A DNA stretch of 64,000 nt from Octopus sinensis (lineage: Eukaryota), in the NCBI RefSeq assembly GCF_006345805.1, contig NC_042998.1, positions 31,868,001 through 31,932,000 on the forward strand. The letters are read 5' to 3'. Within the stretch, counting starts at the first letter, position 1. Each line of letters starts with the position of its first letter. Under the pieces are notes generated by a model that saw nothing but the letters and a program-made list of their open reading frames with translations, did no database searches and was not told the DNA's origin. The position numbers and the translations under genes were made by a program. Positions 1 through 12,463 of the stretch are shown here, one piece after another.

Positions 1-1201
1 TATGTAAAATCATGCATATAGATGCACATAAATTGAGTTTGTCGTATATTCATTGAAGAATAATTTGCAAATCCTTCAAAGAATCTGAAGCATTACAGGT
101 GAAATGTCCTTTGAAGCATTGAGTTATTACTAAACGGACGTGATTATAATGTCTCTATTATTTGTTTATATTTTAAGTATTTTATCGACGTTGAAAATGA
201 GATTTCTAAATATTTAATTTGACCCTTAGTTTTCTGAGTGTTCTTAACAATAATTGTAATTAATTTAATAGACATGTATGTAAATACAGTTACTTAATAT
301 ATATACAAATAAAGAGGTAACCTTATGACATTTTGCTTGTGTAATTTCGTAAAAGGATATGTATCTATCTATCAATAATTTTTATTTAGAGGAAATTACG
401 CTTTGTTCTCTAAGTGTTACCATCCAGCTCCTATACGCTATAGATTTTATGCCAATATCTAATCCTGTGAAAATGTTCGAAACTCTCTGTACTCCGTTTG
501 CGATTGTAATACTTGATTGTATAATAAAACTGTTGATACGTTGAAAGTAATAACTCACCAATTTACACAAGAGAGATTGAACAAAGAAATGTTTACAAGA
601 TATAAAATAAACGAAACAAGTCATCCTAATCACGGGAATTTATATATCATGATCCGTTCTGCATTGCATTATTATGACGATTCACTCGCTCATTCAATTA
701 TTTGTACAAGGATTGTGACTATATTGCCTGTTTAGCCCAAATTTTATATTTAGATACGTATAAACAATAACCAATTCAATAATTGTATCATCATAATACT
801 TATTCCGTTCGATAATTTGATAATAATTGAATAATAGAAATTGAATTGCACACAAATTCATTTGTTTGAATTGCGTGATTATTTAGAGTGTAGTTATATC
901 AACTGTGGAGAAGGAATTGAATAACTGTTATGCAGGATTGATTTAAAAACGAAACATTGTATAATATATATGGAGCATAACAGGAAGTAACAGTGATTAT
1001 TTCTTCAGATGTAAATAATTCCAAATATAACAATTCATAGGAACGTTGCTGCTCATCCAGTATTATAACTGCGAACAGAAGTACAATGCCTATCCTGCTA
1101 CACAAATCCTTTCACTACCTGCACCATTTTCGCTACCGTTGGGGCACTAACGTTGTTGAAGCTTCTCGAATAATTCGCCTTGAAAAGTGTTATTCAAAAT
1201 T

Positions 1202-1219
1202 AACAAGAACAAGAACAAG

Positions 1220-1282
<63 letters not shown>

Positions 1283-1291
1283 AATAATAAT
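1202..1291. repeat. (ACAAGA)n/(ACA)n/(AAT)n compound microsatellite
   Basis: Directly visible; explains the poly-T/poly-N ORFs at 1086-1372. Confidence 0.95.
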
Positions 1292-1850
1292 AGTACCAGG
1301 CACTGGCTCTCATGGCTTCTGATCTTAACCGATTGGAAGTGTTATCATATACATTGTTTTGTCTTGGTATAAAAGATGGGCTACGGCAAATATTCTGCTC
1401 AATACCACAAATTTACTTGTCAGTTGTTTGACATTAACCAGTTGACCATGTCCCTTAGTGGCTGACGATATGTGCAGCAGTAGTGGGGGAGCATCATAGC
1501 CATATGTCGAGAGGGATTCTTTCAGGTTTGAATGACTCACCTCTGGAATCATGGGTGTTTCGTTCAACATCCTTGCGCAATCCTTATTCAAGGACCTTTT
1601 GAGCAAGATGGGTTCCTCGACCAGAAGAAAATTCTAACTGGGTCCCACCTGCAAGGTCATGTGCTGTTTATCTTGATATGAGATCTCCATGTCGCGCACA
1701 TATAGTTGTGATGCATGTGACTAGTATACCCTTATCAGACGGGTAGTCACGATGGGTATACTGGGCTTTGTATATTTTACCCCAGTGTCACTTTGATGGC
1801 ATGCACTGCTCTCTCACACAACAACAAAACAACAACAATAATAGTAATAA
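1292..1850 (+). mobile_element. Unclassified ~0.53 kb interspersed-repeat-like insert with (CAA/TAA)n tail, possibly a non-LTR 3' UTR or SINE-like element
   Basis: GC-richer block bounded by (ACA/AAT)n on the left and (CAA)(TAA) repeats on the right; no credible ORF; internal hairpin agtataccc..gggtatact near 1723-1763. Confidence 0.45.
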
Positions 1851-2417
1851 TAATACGGCACCAATCATTTTGGAAGTTGAACGTAGAATGTGGCAAGAGT
1901 TATGGATGCTCCGTACCGCCGAACTTTTGAACCATACTCTCTTCTCTTTCAGCACTTCCATCAGCCTTAACATGCATGCAACGGCAGTAATTAAACAATG
2001 AAATATACGAGAAGAGACGCAAATTGCAATAACTGCAGTGGTGGTGATTTACACAATACAATTTAAAGAAGCAACACCATCACCATTATTGGCTAACATG
2101 GCAGAAGAATTGGCAGATCAGTGAAAGTTATTGGAATATATGAACAAATGCGGTATGTCAAAAGGGAGCTGGATACTGAGAATAATTTGTACAAGGAAAA
2201 GACTGTGACATTCGTCTACTTTTCCACGTGAAGAAATCGAGGATTTTCCATGTGCCCAGACGAGGAATTTAAAATATCCTTCTCTTTTGTATGTAGCAAA
2301 ACATCTGTTATGTCGGAGTGTAGTATAGGTTTGGATAAATAAAAGTTAAATCAAAAAAAGACGAGAGGAGAGTAACAGATACTATCATTGGTGCGATACA
2401 AGCCGGTACATAATGTG

Positions 2418-2465
<48 letters not shown>

Positions 2466-2502
2466 ATATATATTATATATATATATATTATATATATATA
2501 TA

Positions 2503-3950
2503 TAAAGAAAATAGTTGTCGGTAGAAAATGTTAAAATAATTTTATCATGAAGAACATTTTAGTACCAGTTTCAGACTTTGTGACTTTTTCAACGTAGAGT
2601 AAGGCATGAAAAAGAATTAATTTTTGGAAAAATTAAATCAAATGTATTTTTTAAATATTTCCATAGTTTTGAAATACTTGAGACAATTTCCTTTTTTCTG
2701 TCCGTCTATCTGTCTCTTTCTGTTACTTCTGTAAAGGCTCGGCAGGTAGAAATATTTAATTTGAGGGATGTGAGTTCTTGGTTTTGGTTGTTTAATCAGC
2801 AGTAGCCTAGGAGGGAGACAGCATAAAAGAAGAAGATGAAGAAGAAGAGAGAGTAGGAAAGAGAGAAACGAGGCAAAGAATATTTTCCTTCTTCAGTTGT
2901 CCCTGTTTCATCTACTCCACGTTCGAAGGCAAGGACAAGACGCGACTTTGTTGAAACAATCCTTCCCGCAAAGCAAATTAAATACAATTTGGAATTTTTT
3001 GCGGAGTGTGAAATTCGTAACAAGAACAGGACAGCAAGGCCAAGACAAAGCGCTATGTTGTGCAAGATTGGGACAATGCGAGAAGTTATAAACCATAGTA
3101 TGAAAGGAAAAGTAAAGCAAACAAAATTTGCACATTTAACTTGTATTTTGTATTTGGAAAAGCGTGGGATGGAAAGTCGTTTCTAAGATTGCCTGAAGTG
3201 GTAGGGAAGCATGAAGGTGACATGCGCTGGCTGGTGTTGCTATAGTAACACCAGTATGCTTCATGTAATCCCTTCCTGTTGTTAAAGTCTGGTCTCAGTT
3301 TGTTGATAAGGAGGGCATCCGTGATTCTGATATCGCTCCAGTTGCGCTGAGTGGTTCTGATTTATATCTTGAAATCCTGAGTCTGGCACTTCATTAGGAA
3401 TTATTTTATATTACAGTGTCTGTGTGCATATGTTCTTTTACTCGAATGTGAAATTTTTCGGAGGTGCTCCTACTATAGCATGCCCCACTCAGATTAGAAG
3501 CCTTCTTATGCGGTTTACACACTTTGATGTTTTGTAGATGCAGTCAATTGACTACGGATGGCTGATAGCCATTCTGTGGTAAGTTCTCGAGTAACCACTT
3601 GTTGTTGATAGCTTTGTCAATTGTGTCACTTCATCTGTCGGTTATGCGGGTGATTTAATTTCGCACGTATGTAGCTTTGGCTCTGGTTTTTATAAATGGA
3701 ACCTACTTCTATGACCTTGATTTTGAAACCCAGCAAAGAGAAGATTCCAGATTTGCCAGATTCATCTAATCCAAAATTGCACTGTATCTTAAAGTTACGG
3801 ACGTTGCTGATTTTTTTCTGCGTGGCGATCTCCTCCTCTCAGGAGGAGAAGAACTGCTACGTATCTCGAGAAAAAGACACATAATTGACCGCATCACCCA
3901 ACTTCTTTAGTTTCCACCTTCCCACTGCCCATTATTTGAAAACTCATGGT
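2503..3950 (-). mobile_element. Degenerate Penelope-like retroelement (RT end, GIY-YIG endonuclease, 3' pseudo-LTR)
   Basis: Minus-strand translation gives FSRYVAVL (degenerate RYVDD, ~3840-3870), LENLPQNGYQP (L..NGYP thumb, ~3560-3590), GACYSRSTSEKFHIRVKEH (GIY-YIG, ~3430-3490) and RITDALLINKLRPDFNNRK (~3270-3330), with stops and frameshifts. The 3' end abuts (TA)n and carries a hammerhead-like fold at 2558-2597. Confidence 0.85.
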
Positions 3951-3969
3951 TTCGAATAGAACTCTTTAA

Positions 3970-4189
3970 TCCTTTCATTACCGATCTGGCTGCAACCGAC
4001 TCTGGCTCTGAGTACAAATGTCTTGTTTTCATAAGTTCTGAATTAAAATCTTCCACCAAATCTTAGTCACAATTTATGTTCCTAACACTAGCTTAATGAT
4101 AACTAAGTTATTTTACTAAATTCTTTGTTATATTTAAAGTAATTGAAAGAAACACAGAGCATCTCAACAGAAATACAGTAACGAAAGGG
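3970..4189. mobile_element. piggyBac-type MITE, copy 1
   Basis: TTAA at 3966-3969; TIR tcctttcattac / gtaacgaaaggg; body near-identical to copy 2. Confidence 0.75.
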
Positions 4190-4212
4190 TATAATAGAGA
4201 AACAATTCTTAA

Positions 4213-4432
4213 CCCTTTTGATACCAACCTGCTTGAAACCACCCCTGGCTCTGAGTACAAATGTCTTGTTTTCATAAGTTTTGAATTGAAATCTTCCACC
4301 AAACCTTAGTCACAATTTATGGTCCTAAAACTAGCTTAATGATAACTAAGTTATTTTACTAAATTCTTTGTTATATGTAAAGTAACTGAGAGAAACACAG
4401 AGCACCTCAAAATAAATACAGTAATGAAGGGG
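4213..4432. mobile_element. piggyBac-type MITE, copy 2
   Basis: TTAA|CCCTTTTGATAC ... GTAATGAAGGGG|TCAA; CCC...GGG termini with a TTAA-like target are piggyBac hallmarks. Confidence 0.75.
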
Positions 4433-5022
4433 TCAACCAAAAGATTCAGCATATTTTATATTCTTTACGGTTCATTTTATTTTATGATCTTGGAAGATTA
4501 AACTGATTTGTACGCAGTCTGCTGTAACATTAGCATTGCTAATCGGTAAAATATCCTATAAAGTATCTTTGTCCACAAAACACATGGAAATTGATTGTCC
4601 AGTGATTTGGAAAAGCACTGGGGAGCGTATAGAACAGCCTTCGTAAACTACTCTCTTGCACTCAATATAACCCTAAAACTTTTACTTCTGAGGATATGTT
4701 GTCGTTAGATGTTAGATTTATGATGTACCCGATAACGCTTTTAATGATATTTACTGTTTTACAGTGGACAGATTTTAGGTCTATCCACATTAAATCCTTG
4801 TTGAATAATACAGAAACATGTCATAGCTGACACTGAAATCGTATTAATGGCCTATTTAGTATTTTCGCAACGTAGAAATGTGACTCCATAACAATTTCTG
4901 CCTTATCTCCGTTTATGTTAAAGAGTATGATTATATTTAAGTATGTTTTAAATTACCATTACGTTTATCTTATAGTGCAAGAGATTATGCCATCTCACCG
5001 TCTTGACAAATATATTAATATT

Positions 5023-5310
5023 CTTTTCTACTCTACGTACAAGGACCGGAATTTTGGGGTAGGGGGCGAGTCGATTAGATCGACCCAAGTTCGCAACTAT
5101 ACTTAATTTCAAGGATTAAATTTCATAAATTTCAAGGAAGGGCCAAGTCGATTAAATGGACTCCAGTACGTAACTGTTACTTATATTATCGACCCCGAAA
5201 GAGTGAAAGGCAAAGTCGACCACGGTGGAATTTGAACTAAGAATGTAAAGAAAAGCAAAATACCGCTAAGTATTTCGTCCGGCGTGCTAACGTTTCTGCC
5301 AGCTCGCCCC
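5023..5310 (-). mobile_element. tRNA-derived SINE type A (Meta/MESC-like central domain), tail-2 variant
   Basis: Reverse complement shows A-box-like TGGCAGAAACGTTAGC, B-box GTTCAAATTCC and GCCTTTCA..TTTCGGGGTCGATAA domain. Confidence 0.85.
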
Positions 5311-5321
5311 TAGACAAATAT

Positions 5322-5557
5322 ATTTATTTCTTTACTGCCTACAGGGGGCTAAACATGGAGGGGACAAACAAGGACAGACAAAGGGATTAAGTCGATTACA
5401 TCGACACCAGTGTGTAACTGGTACTTAATTTATCTACCTCGAAAGGATGAAAAGCAAAGTCGACAACGGCGGAATTTGAACTCAGAACCTAAAGACAGAC
5501 GAAATACTGCCAAGCCTTTCATCTGGCGTGCTAACGATTCTGCCAGCTCGCCGCCTT
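5322..5557 (-). mobile_element. SINE type A, tail-1 variant
   Basis: Full head-body-tail; flanked by gacaaat(a/t)tatt duplications. Confidence 0.9.
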
Positions 5558-6032
5558 GACAAATTTATTAATATTATCGACATATTCGATTTTCTTAATA
5601 TAATGCCTTAAATATGTAATTGCAGATAGAAATTAAAATTGAATGGAATTTATATCCAAGACGCAATAGCTCATAATATATGATGCAACCTAATACGGGG
5701 GAAGAGGTGGCTTATTATAAAGCATAGTATAGAAGTATATAGTTACGTGTTTCTATGTTCACGACACCAAATACCGTTAGTATCAAATTTGAGTTACATC
5801 GCACGAGGATCGATAAAATAGCGTAATAATCAAGCGCGGGGCTGATCCAATCGACTTCAGTCTTCGCGACAAATGTGTGTCTTTGACCTCGTTTCAGAAA
5901 TCAATAGAAAATGTAACCTATTACTCCAGTTTTTTAAAATGTGATATATTATTGACAGGAAAATGACATGAATGCCTTCGAAATTTACCATTTATTAATA
6001 AAATTAAGAGTCAGGCCGTGTTTTAGAGCTTG

Positions 6033-6035
<3 letters not shown>

Positions 6036-6104
<69 letters not shown>

Positions 6105-6140
6105 GGTGGAAAGAGAAATAGCAACAGAGATAGAGAGAGA
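6036..6140. repeat. (GA)n microsatellite
   Basis: Directly visible. Confidence 0.95.
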
Positions 6141-6279
6141 GGGGTGGGAAGAAAAAAAAATATATATCATTTAAAAATAGGATAAAATCTTCATAAGAAA
6201 TTATCAAGTAGTTAGCGTGAAAAACCTCATAAGAGAAAACATCTGAAAATTTTTTCCACTTGAATATATTTATTTATAT

Positions 6280-6442
6280 TATATAGAGGAGATTATTACA
6301 CATAAATGCCGCACGCTAGGAGGGTCTCTTAGAGTCAAAACTACCAAAATAAGACTTGCATTCGGTACGATATGTTTATTTTGGTAGTTTTGACTTTAAG
6401 AGTCCCTCCTAGCGTGCGGCATTTATGTGTAATAATGCCCTC

Positions 6443-6447
<5 letters not shown>
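6280..6447. repeat. Foldback inverted repeat, ~72-bp arms and ~23-nt loop, adjacent to (TA)n
   Basis: 6280-6352 is the reverse complement of 6376-6447 with few mismatches. Confidence 0.9.
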
Positions 6448-6473
<26 letters not shown>

Positions 6474-6484
6474 CATACATACAT

Positions 6485-6573
6485 AAGAAAGGAGATTACG
6501 CAGGAAAAACGATGGTTACGTAAATGAGGTTCACATCGTAACCATCGTTTATCCTGTGTCATCTCTTTTTCTT
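6485..6573. repeat. Second foldback hairpin, ~36-bp arms and ~16-nt loop
   Basis: aagaaaggagattacgcaggaaaaacgatggttacg versus cgtaaccatcgtttatcctgtgtcatctctttttctt. Confidence 0.85.
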
Positions 6574-7216
6574 GTTACCGCTCTATACTCGTCTAAAACT
6601 TTGTTCTGAAACACACGTATATTGAGTTCTTCACGAGGTTATTGATGCAGACCGAAATATTAAGGCACAACACACACACACACGTACATCTAATTTTTCT
6701 ATATCTATGCAAATATATATTATATATACACTCACGTACATATAGACATACATACATATATAAATATGTGTGTGTGTGTGAGTATGTGCGTCCGTGTGTA
6801 TTCATAAGTATGGAAATATCTATATCTATGCAAAAACAAATTGAAACACACACGCACTTACATATGAAGCTCTTTATAGCTGGGAAGCTGTATCAGCTCC
6901 TAAAGGCCAAATCACATATCAAGACAGATCAAATCACAACTTTCAAATCTAATCCATTTGTGAATATAATCTTCTGAAAAGAGTGTTAAGATATCGCACG
7001 ATGCAGAACATTTACTTCTTTCACTATAAAATTAAATACAATTTTTTTGGAACGAGTTATGCATTATCGGCGTCATTTTTACGTATTAATACTGAACAAG
7101 TAATTTCTTCTACAAATTTTTAATTATTTTCAAATGTAATCGTTAGATAGGTGTTATTAAGAAACACAAGTTTCTTTAATCAAATATGTAGTATCTTGCC
7201 TATAAATATATGTTTG

Positions 7217-7499
7217 TTCCTTCTCGAGCCACCCCTGGCTCATAAGGGCCGGTTTCCCGGTTTCCTTGGAGTATAAGTTCCCCACCTGGACGGGACGCCG
7301 GTCCGTCGCAGGTGAGATGCTAGATGGAGGAGGAAAGAGTGGGGGAATGTTATGGCGAAAGAGTCAGCAGAAGTTCGTCATTACCTTCTGTCGGAGCCGC
7401 ATGGAGCTCAGATGTTTCTCTCATTAATACTCACATCGCCCGGTCTGAGATTCGAACCCGCGAGTCCGCTGCTCTAACCACTAGGCAATGTGCCTCCAC
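7217..7499 (-). mobile_element. tRNA-derived SINE type E (type-C-like head with a different tail)
   Basis: Reverse complement starts GTGGAGGCACATTGCCTAGTGGTTAGAGCAGCGGACTCGCGGGTTCGAATC; tail CCTGCGACGGACCGGCGTCCCGTCCAGG...GGCTCGAGAAGGA; taaatata on both flanks. Confidence 0.85.
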
Positions 7500-8125
7500 T
7501 TAAATATAATATACCTACCCAATGTTATGTATTGATTTCTATTTCTGCTGTTCATATTCCCTACCTTACCCATCTCAGAATAATCACTGACTACATATCT
7601 TGCAGATGCTGGTGTATTCGAATGAATATAAAAATCGACTACACCACAAAAAGTTCGTTCGTAAAACAAACGTGTTTCGGCCCTAGTGTATTCCTATATA
7701 ACGTGCACTCAGTTAAATATTCAATTCTCTTATTATACTGTCAGTAACATTTTCGTTATTTATCGGGAATGCGTAGTATGGAATTGGTTAGGATCTTCAT
7801 AACTGTAGAGAGCTAGTAATATGGAAAATGTGAATGGTCATCTTCAGATATTGTATATCAATTAAGAATAATACACGATTCTAATTGTATCTAAATATAC
7901 TGTTCCTTTTCGAAGTAAAGTAATATTCATTCTTGATGACTGTACAATAATTAGGTGTAACGAAATAATTAATACTTTAAAGAATTGAAAATATCTCGTA
8001 TATATTGAAAATTGTATCGAAATGTATGAAGGAATTATATTAACTCTAGTTAATATGGCGGTTCTTTTCGCATGCCATATTATATTTGCTGGCATCAAGT
8101 AAAAATTTATAAGATATATATTTAC

Positions 8126-8170
<45 letters not shown>

Positions 8171-8745
8171 ATGTCATGTGATGTGTGTAAATATATATAT
8201 ATATATATATGTATGCATGTATGGACGTGTATGTGTATATCTATGCTTGTATACAGTATGATAAACATGCAATTTTATTAAAACTAGCAACATCCAATGG
8301 TTACTTCGTATTATTCAATTAATTTAGAGATTAGCAAAGTTTGCTAGATCCAACTCCTGTAAATATTTATGCACGGAATATTCTATCTTTTAGAACTCGT
8401 TTCAGTAAATACGTGCAGTGAATGTGTATACAAAGCAGAATTTTCCAAAACATCTATAGAATAATATAGATTCATAGTTTCTGAAACCCGCTTGTGGACG
8501 AACGGAAAAGGGAACTAGGATTGAATATAAGAAGAATCTCTAAATTCAACGGTCGTCCGGTAAAATTGGCGCGCTTGAGGAATATGCTTCAATTAATGAA
8601 ATAAATATTTTGTAACGTTCTGTGATGTGAATATCGTAAAGATTTTGTAAGCAGAGGGATTTATCATTTCAATCAAATAATCATCTCCGTTCATTTGATG
8701 ATCTCCCCACTTCTACCCAGTTTCACAATTCATCGTGCATATATC

Positions 8746-8746
<1 letters not shown>

Positions 8747-8791
<45 letters not shown>

Positions 8792-8999
8792 ATGCATTAT
8801 GTATGTATGTATATATATATGTATGTATGTATATATATATATATATAGATATATATATATATATATATATGTATGTATATATATATATATATATAGTATG
8901 TATATATATGTATATATATATATATATATATGTATGTATATATATATATAGTATGTATATATATATATAATGTATGTATGTATATTATATATATGTATG

Positions 9000-9030
<31 letters not shown>

Positions 9031-9174
9031 TATGTATGTATATATATATATATGTATGTATATATTATATATATGTATGTATGTATGTATATATTATATA
9101 TGTATATATGTATATATGTATATATGTATATATATATATATATATTATATTATGTATGTATGTATATATATATG

Positions 9175-9231
<57 letters not shown>

Positions 9232-9499
9232 ATATATATGTATGTATGTATATATATATACATATGTATGTATGTATATAATATATATGTATGTATGTAT
9301 ATATATATATATATATGCATGTATATATATATTATATGTATGTATGTATATATATATTATATGTATGTATATATATTTATATATGTATGTATATATGAGT
9401 GTGTATGTATATAAGGTGTATATATATATATATTATATATATATATATATTAACATATCTGTATATATATTTACATATCTATATGTACGTATGTGCACA

Positions 9500-9537
<38 letters not shown>
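8747..9537. repeat. ~0.8 kb compound (TA)n/(TATG)n/(TG)n microsatellite
   Basis: Directly visible; source of the long YI/YV/CM ORFs. Confidence 0.97.
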
Positions 9538-9544
<7 letters not shown>

Positions 9545-9814
9545 TTCTACGTAAGAATACAGAAATGTCTCCATGGTATTTATAAATTCGCACTGCATGT
9601 GGTGGATGCGCATGATCTTCAAATTTAATTGTAAAAGGATGTGAATAATGTGAACGCTGACGTGTATACAAGGCGCTTGTGTGGCGCATTCGTTAATGGT
9701 GATCAGTTGTTGAGTATTGTTGGCTATTCAAGGATGCCAACACTTGCATAGAACATCGCTTACACGTAGGCGAGTAAAACTCTGTCTTAAATTATTGCTA
9801 ACAGGAGCAACTGC

Positions 9815-9874
<60 letters not shown>

Positions 9875-9876
<2 letters not shown>

Positions 9877-10813
9877 AAAAAGTTGAGTTGTGGGGTATCG
9901 CACGAGTGGGATTATATAAGAAAAAAAGTTTGAAATGCAATTTAAACGATGTTTATTTACTTAACGGTTCACTCTTTGGTAAAAGATTGTCAAAGTTACA
10001 TTTAAGGAAACATTGGTGTGGGTGTGTGTGTGTTCTGTGTGTGTGTGTGTTGTTGTATGTGGTGTGTGTTTGTATACTGTGTGTGTGTGTTGTTGTGTGT
10101 GTGTGTGTGTTTGTGTGTATATATATGTGTGTGACAAACAGACGCTGTCTGACCAGCAGGCACTCACACATCTATTCACACCCGCATACTAACCTCCTCA
10201 TAACCCCAAAATCATTCATGCATAAAGGGGAAGTATACGCCACATTGGCTACTTCTTCTGTTCTCTCAGTTCAGCCTTTCTGCTAATACTGACAGGTCAG
10301 TAAAAACATACTTAAAATTTCTGAGATGTACAAAAAATCCATTTTAATTTTGCTGTCAAAACGCTGTATATATATACCAAGATTGTATATATATACATGT
10401 AATGTGACAATTTGCGACAACCAATAATTAACGCAACCAATTCCCAATAATATATTTGTTTTATCCTTTTCTGCCAATTTTCCCAAATAATGTGACAATT
10501 ATTATAAAAAACATTTTTGAATTCATAATATCCAATGTGACATTATGTAAAAAACTTTTTTGAATGCATAATATTCAATGTGACAATTATGTAAAAAACT
10601 TTTTTTGAACCCATAATATCCAATGTGACAATTATGTAAAAAACTTTTTTGAATGCATAATATTCAATGTGACAATATGTAAAAAACTTTTTTTGAACCC
10701 ATATTATTCAATGTTTCCTTAAATGTAACTTTTGACAATCTTTTACCAAAGAGTGAAACCGGTTAAGTAAATAAACATCGTTTAAATTGCATTTTCAAAC
10801 CTTTTCTTATATA
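9875..10813. mobile_element. PLE-like foldback element with ~100-bp inverted arms in (TA)n
   Basis: 9913-10015 is inverted to 10709-10813; hammerhead-like fold at 10728-10768; short unique extension 9875-9912; (TA)n on both sides. Confidence 0.7.
10489..10714. repeat. Minisatellite, ~44-45 bp unit x5
   Basis: aatgtgacaattatgtaaaaaacttttttgaa(tg/cc)cataatat(t/c)c repeated; variants alternate. Confidence 0.9.
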
Positions 10814-10935
10814 TGTATATATATATATATATATATACAAACATATATATATAATATATATAATATATATATTATATATATGTATGTATAATATGTATAT
10901 ATATATATTTATGTATATATGTATATATATATATT

Positions 10936-10998
<63 letters not shown>

Positions 10999-11033
10999 TG
11001 TATGTATGTATGTATGTATGTATGTATGTATAC

Positions 11034-11337
11034 AGGCGCAGGTGTGGCTCTGTGCGAAAAAGCTTACTTCCCAACCACATAGTTCCGGTTTCAGTCCCAC
11101 TGATATAGCTTTGGACCGACCAAAGCCTTGTGAGTCGATTTGGTTGAGGGAAACTGAAAGAAGCCAATCCTATGTATATATATATATGTGTGTGTGCGTG
11201 TGTGTGTGTGTGATAGAACAAATACTAGGCTTACAAAGAATAAGTCCTGGGGTCGATTAGCTCGACTAAATGCGGTGCTACAGTATGGTCGCAATCAAAT
11301 GAATGAAACAAGTAAAAGAATACAAGAATAAAAGAAT
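11034..11337 (+). mobile_element. SINE type B (tRNA head, CORE-like segment, internal TA/TG microsatellite), internally deleted
   Basis: Matches the full-length copy at 55659-56090. Confidence 0.85.
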
Positions 11338-11344
11338 ATATATT

Positions 11345-11533
11345 TGGGGAAAATTCCCCCCAAAAAAACCCAAAAGACGAAGATACGTGGTGTAGACAGC
11401 AAACAGATGTATTAGTTTAACGCTCGGGAAGTGAAAAAGTCTTTAGCGTTTCGAGTCTACGCTCTTCCACAGAAAGGTACACAGAAAGAAACAAGGAGAG
11501 AAAATGAAGAATGTGTAGTGGCTAGCGATCTAT
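11345..11533 (-). mobile_element. Family F short PLE-like element with variant hammerhead fold
   Basis: Similar to 29178-29352 and 47050-47175; reverse complement contains CTTT-CTGTGGAA-GAGC GTAG ACTC-GAAA-CGCT-AAAG. Confidence 0.7.
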
Positions 11534-12244
11534 GAAATGGAGATTGGTTTAAAATTCGAGTTATGTATTCCAGTATTCGAAATTCGAGTGCATAAAAGTT
11601 GGAAAAAAACTCGGAAATAATTGTGCAGAGTAATGTTTAATCAAAACAGGAGATTAGACAACTGTTGCTATTTATTCACTATTAAATGTGTTTCGTTTGC
11701 TAGTAGGAGCTAGAAAATTGTATATTTATATAAAACAAATTGTATAAATAAAACAAATTTTGTGTGAGATTCCAAGTTTCCTTTCACGATGTATTTAAAC
11801 ATGCTTTAAATTAACCCTCAAATCCTTAATTCCCGGCCCAAATTAACATTTTTTCAAGTTTCCTATACTGTTAGTAATGAATTAAGTTATTAAAGTCTAC
11901 GGCGTTAAGCTAAACTTTCTTTAAAATTGCATCGTATATATCACGTTTACGTGTGTATGTATATAAGTATGTATGTATATATACACATAATGTTTATGAA
12001 AGATATGAAAGAGAAGTTTTATAAAGACAAAATTTTATTGAGTGTCTATGTATGTGTGTGTGTGTATGTGTGAGCGTATGCAAGTGCATTTCATTTTCAA
12101 AGGAAACGATCAAAAGTTGCTTTTTCAGAAGAGAAAATTACTGAGGTAATTGGTACACAACGAAGGTGAAATAAAGATGCCGACTGGTCTGGAAGTGGAG
12201 AAGCAGAGTGAGATAGTAGGTACCATATCTTTGAAGTTTCTCAC

Positions 12245-12326
12245 TTTGACTCCAGGTGTCGTACGGAATTGTCGAGATACTTTTCGATCCAATTACTCCA
12301 CTTTGTATACACTTTTCTCCTGGTTT
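12245..12326 (-). CDS. Candidate 82-nt coding exon (xTRRKVYTKWSNWIEKYLDNSVRHLES), gene unknown
   Basis: Acceptor atatttacag| and donor AAA|gtgaga; protein-like open frame; non-repetitive; no recognised homologue. Confidence 0.3.
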
Positions 12327-12379
12327 CTGTAAATATATTTAGTCTGCTAATATGGTTCAAGATTTCAAATTTTATCACA

Positions 12380-12418
<39 letters not shown>

Positions 12419-12463
12419 TACTGTGCCTATTTATAGCATCCATTTTAATATGTGTTGCTTTGT

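Noticed and set aside
8695-9628. Long ORFs (up to 232 aa) and many similar YI/HT/CV-rich ORFs
   Set aside because: They are translations of (TA)n, (TATG)n, (CA)n and (AAT)n microsatellites, which lack stops in some frames.
10489-10714. Regularly spaced repeat as a CRISPR-like array
   Set aside because: Units are contiguous with no unique spacers; it is a eukaryotic minisatellite.
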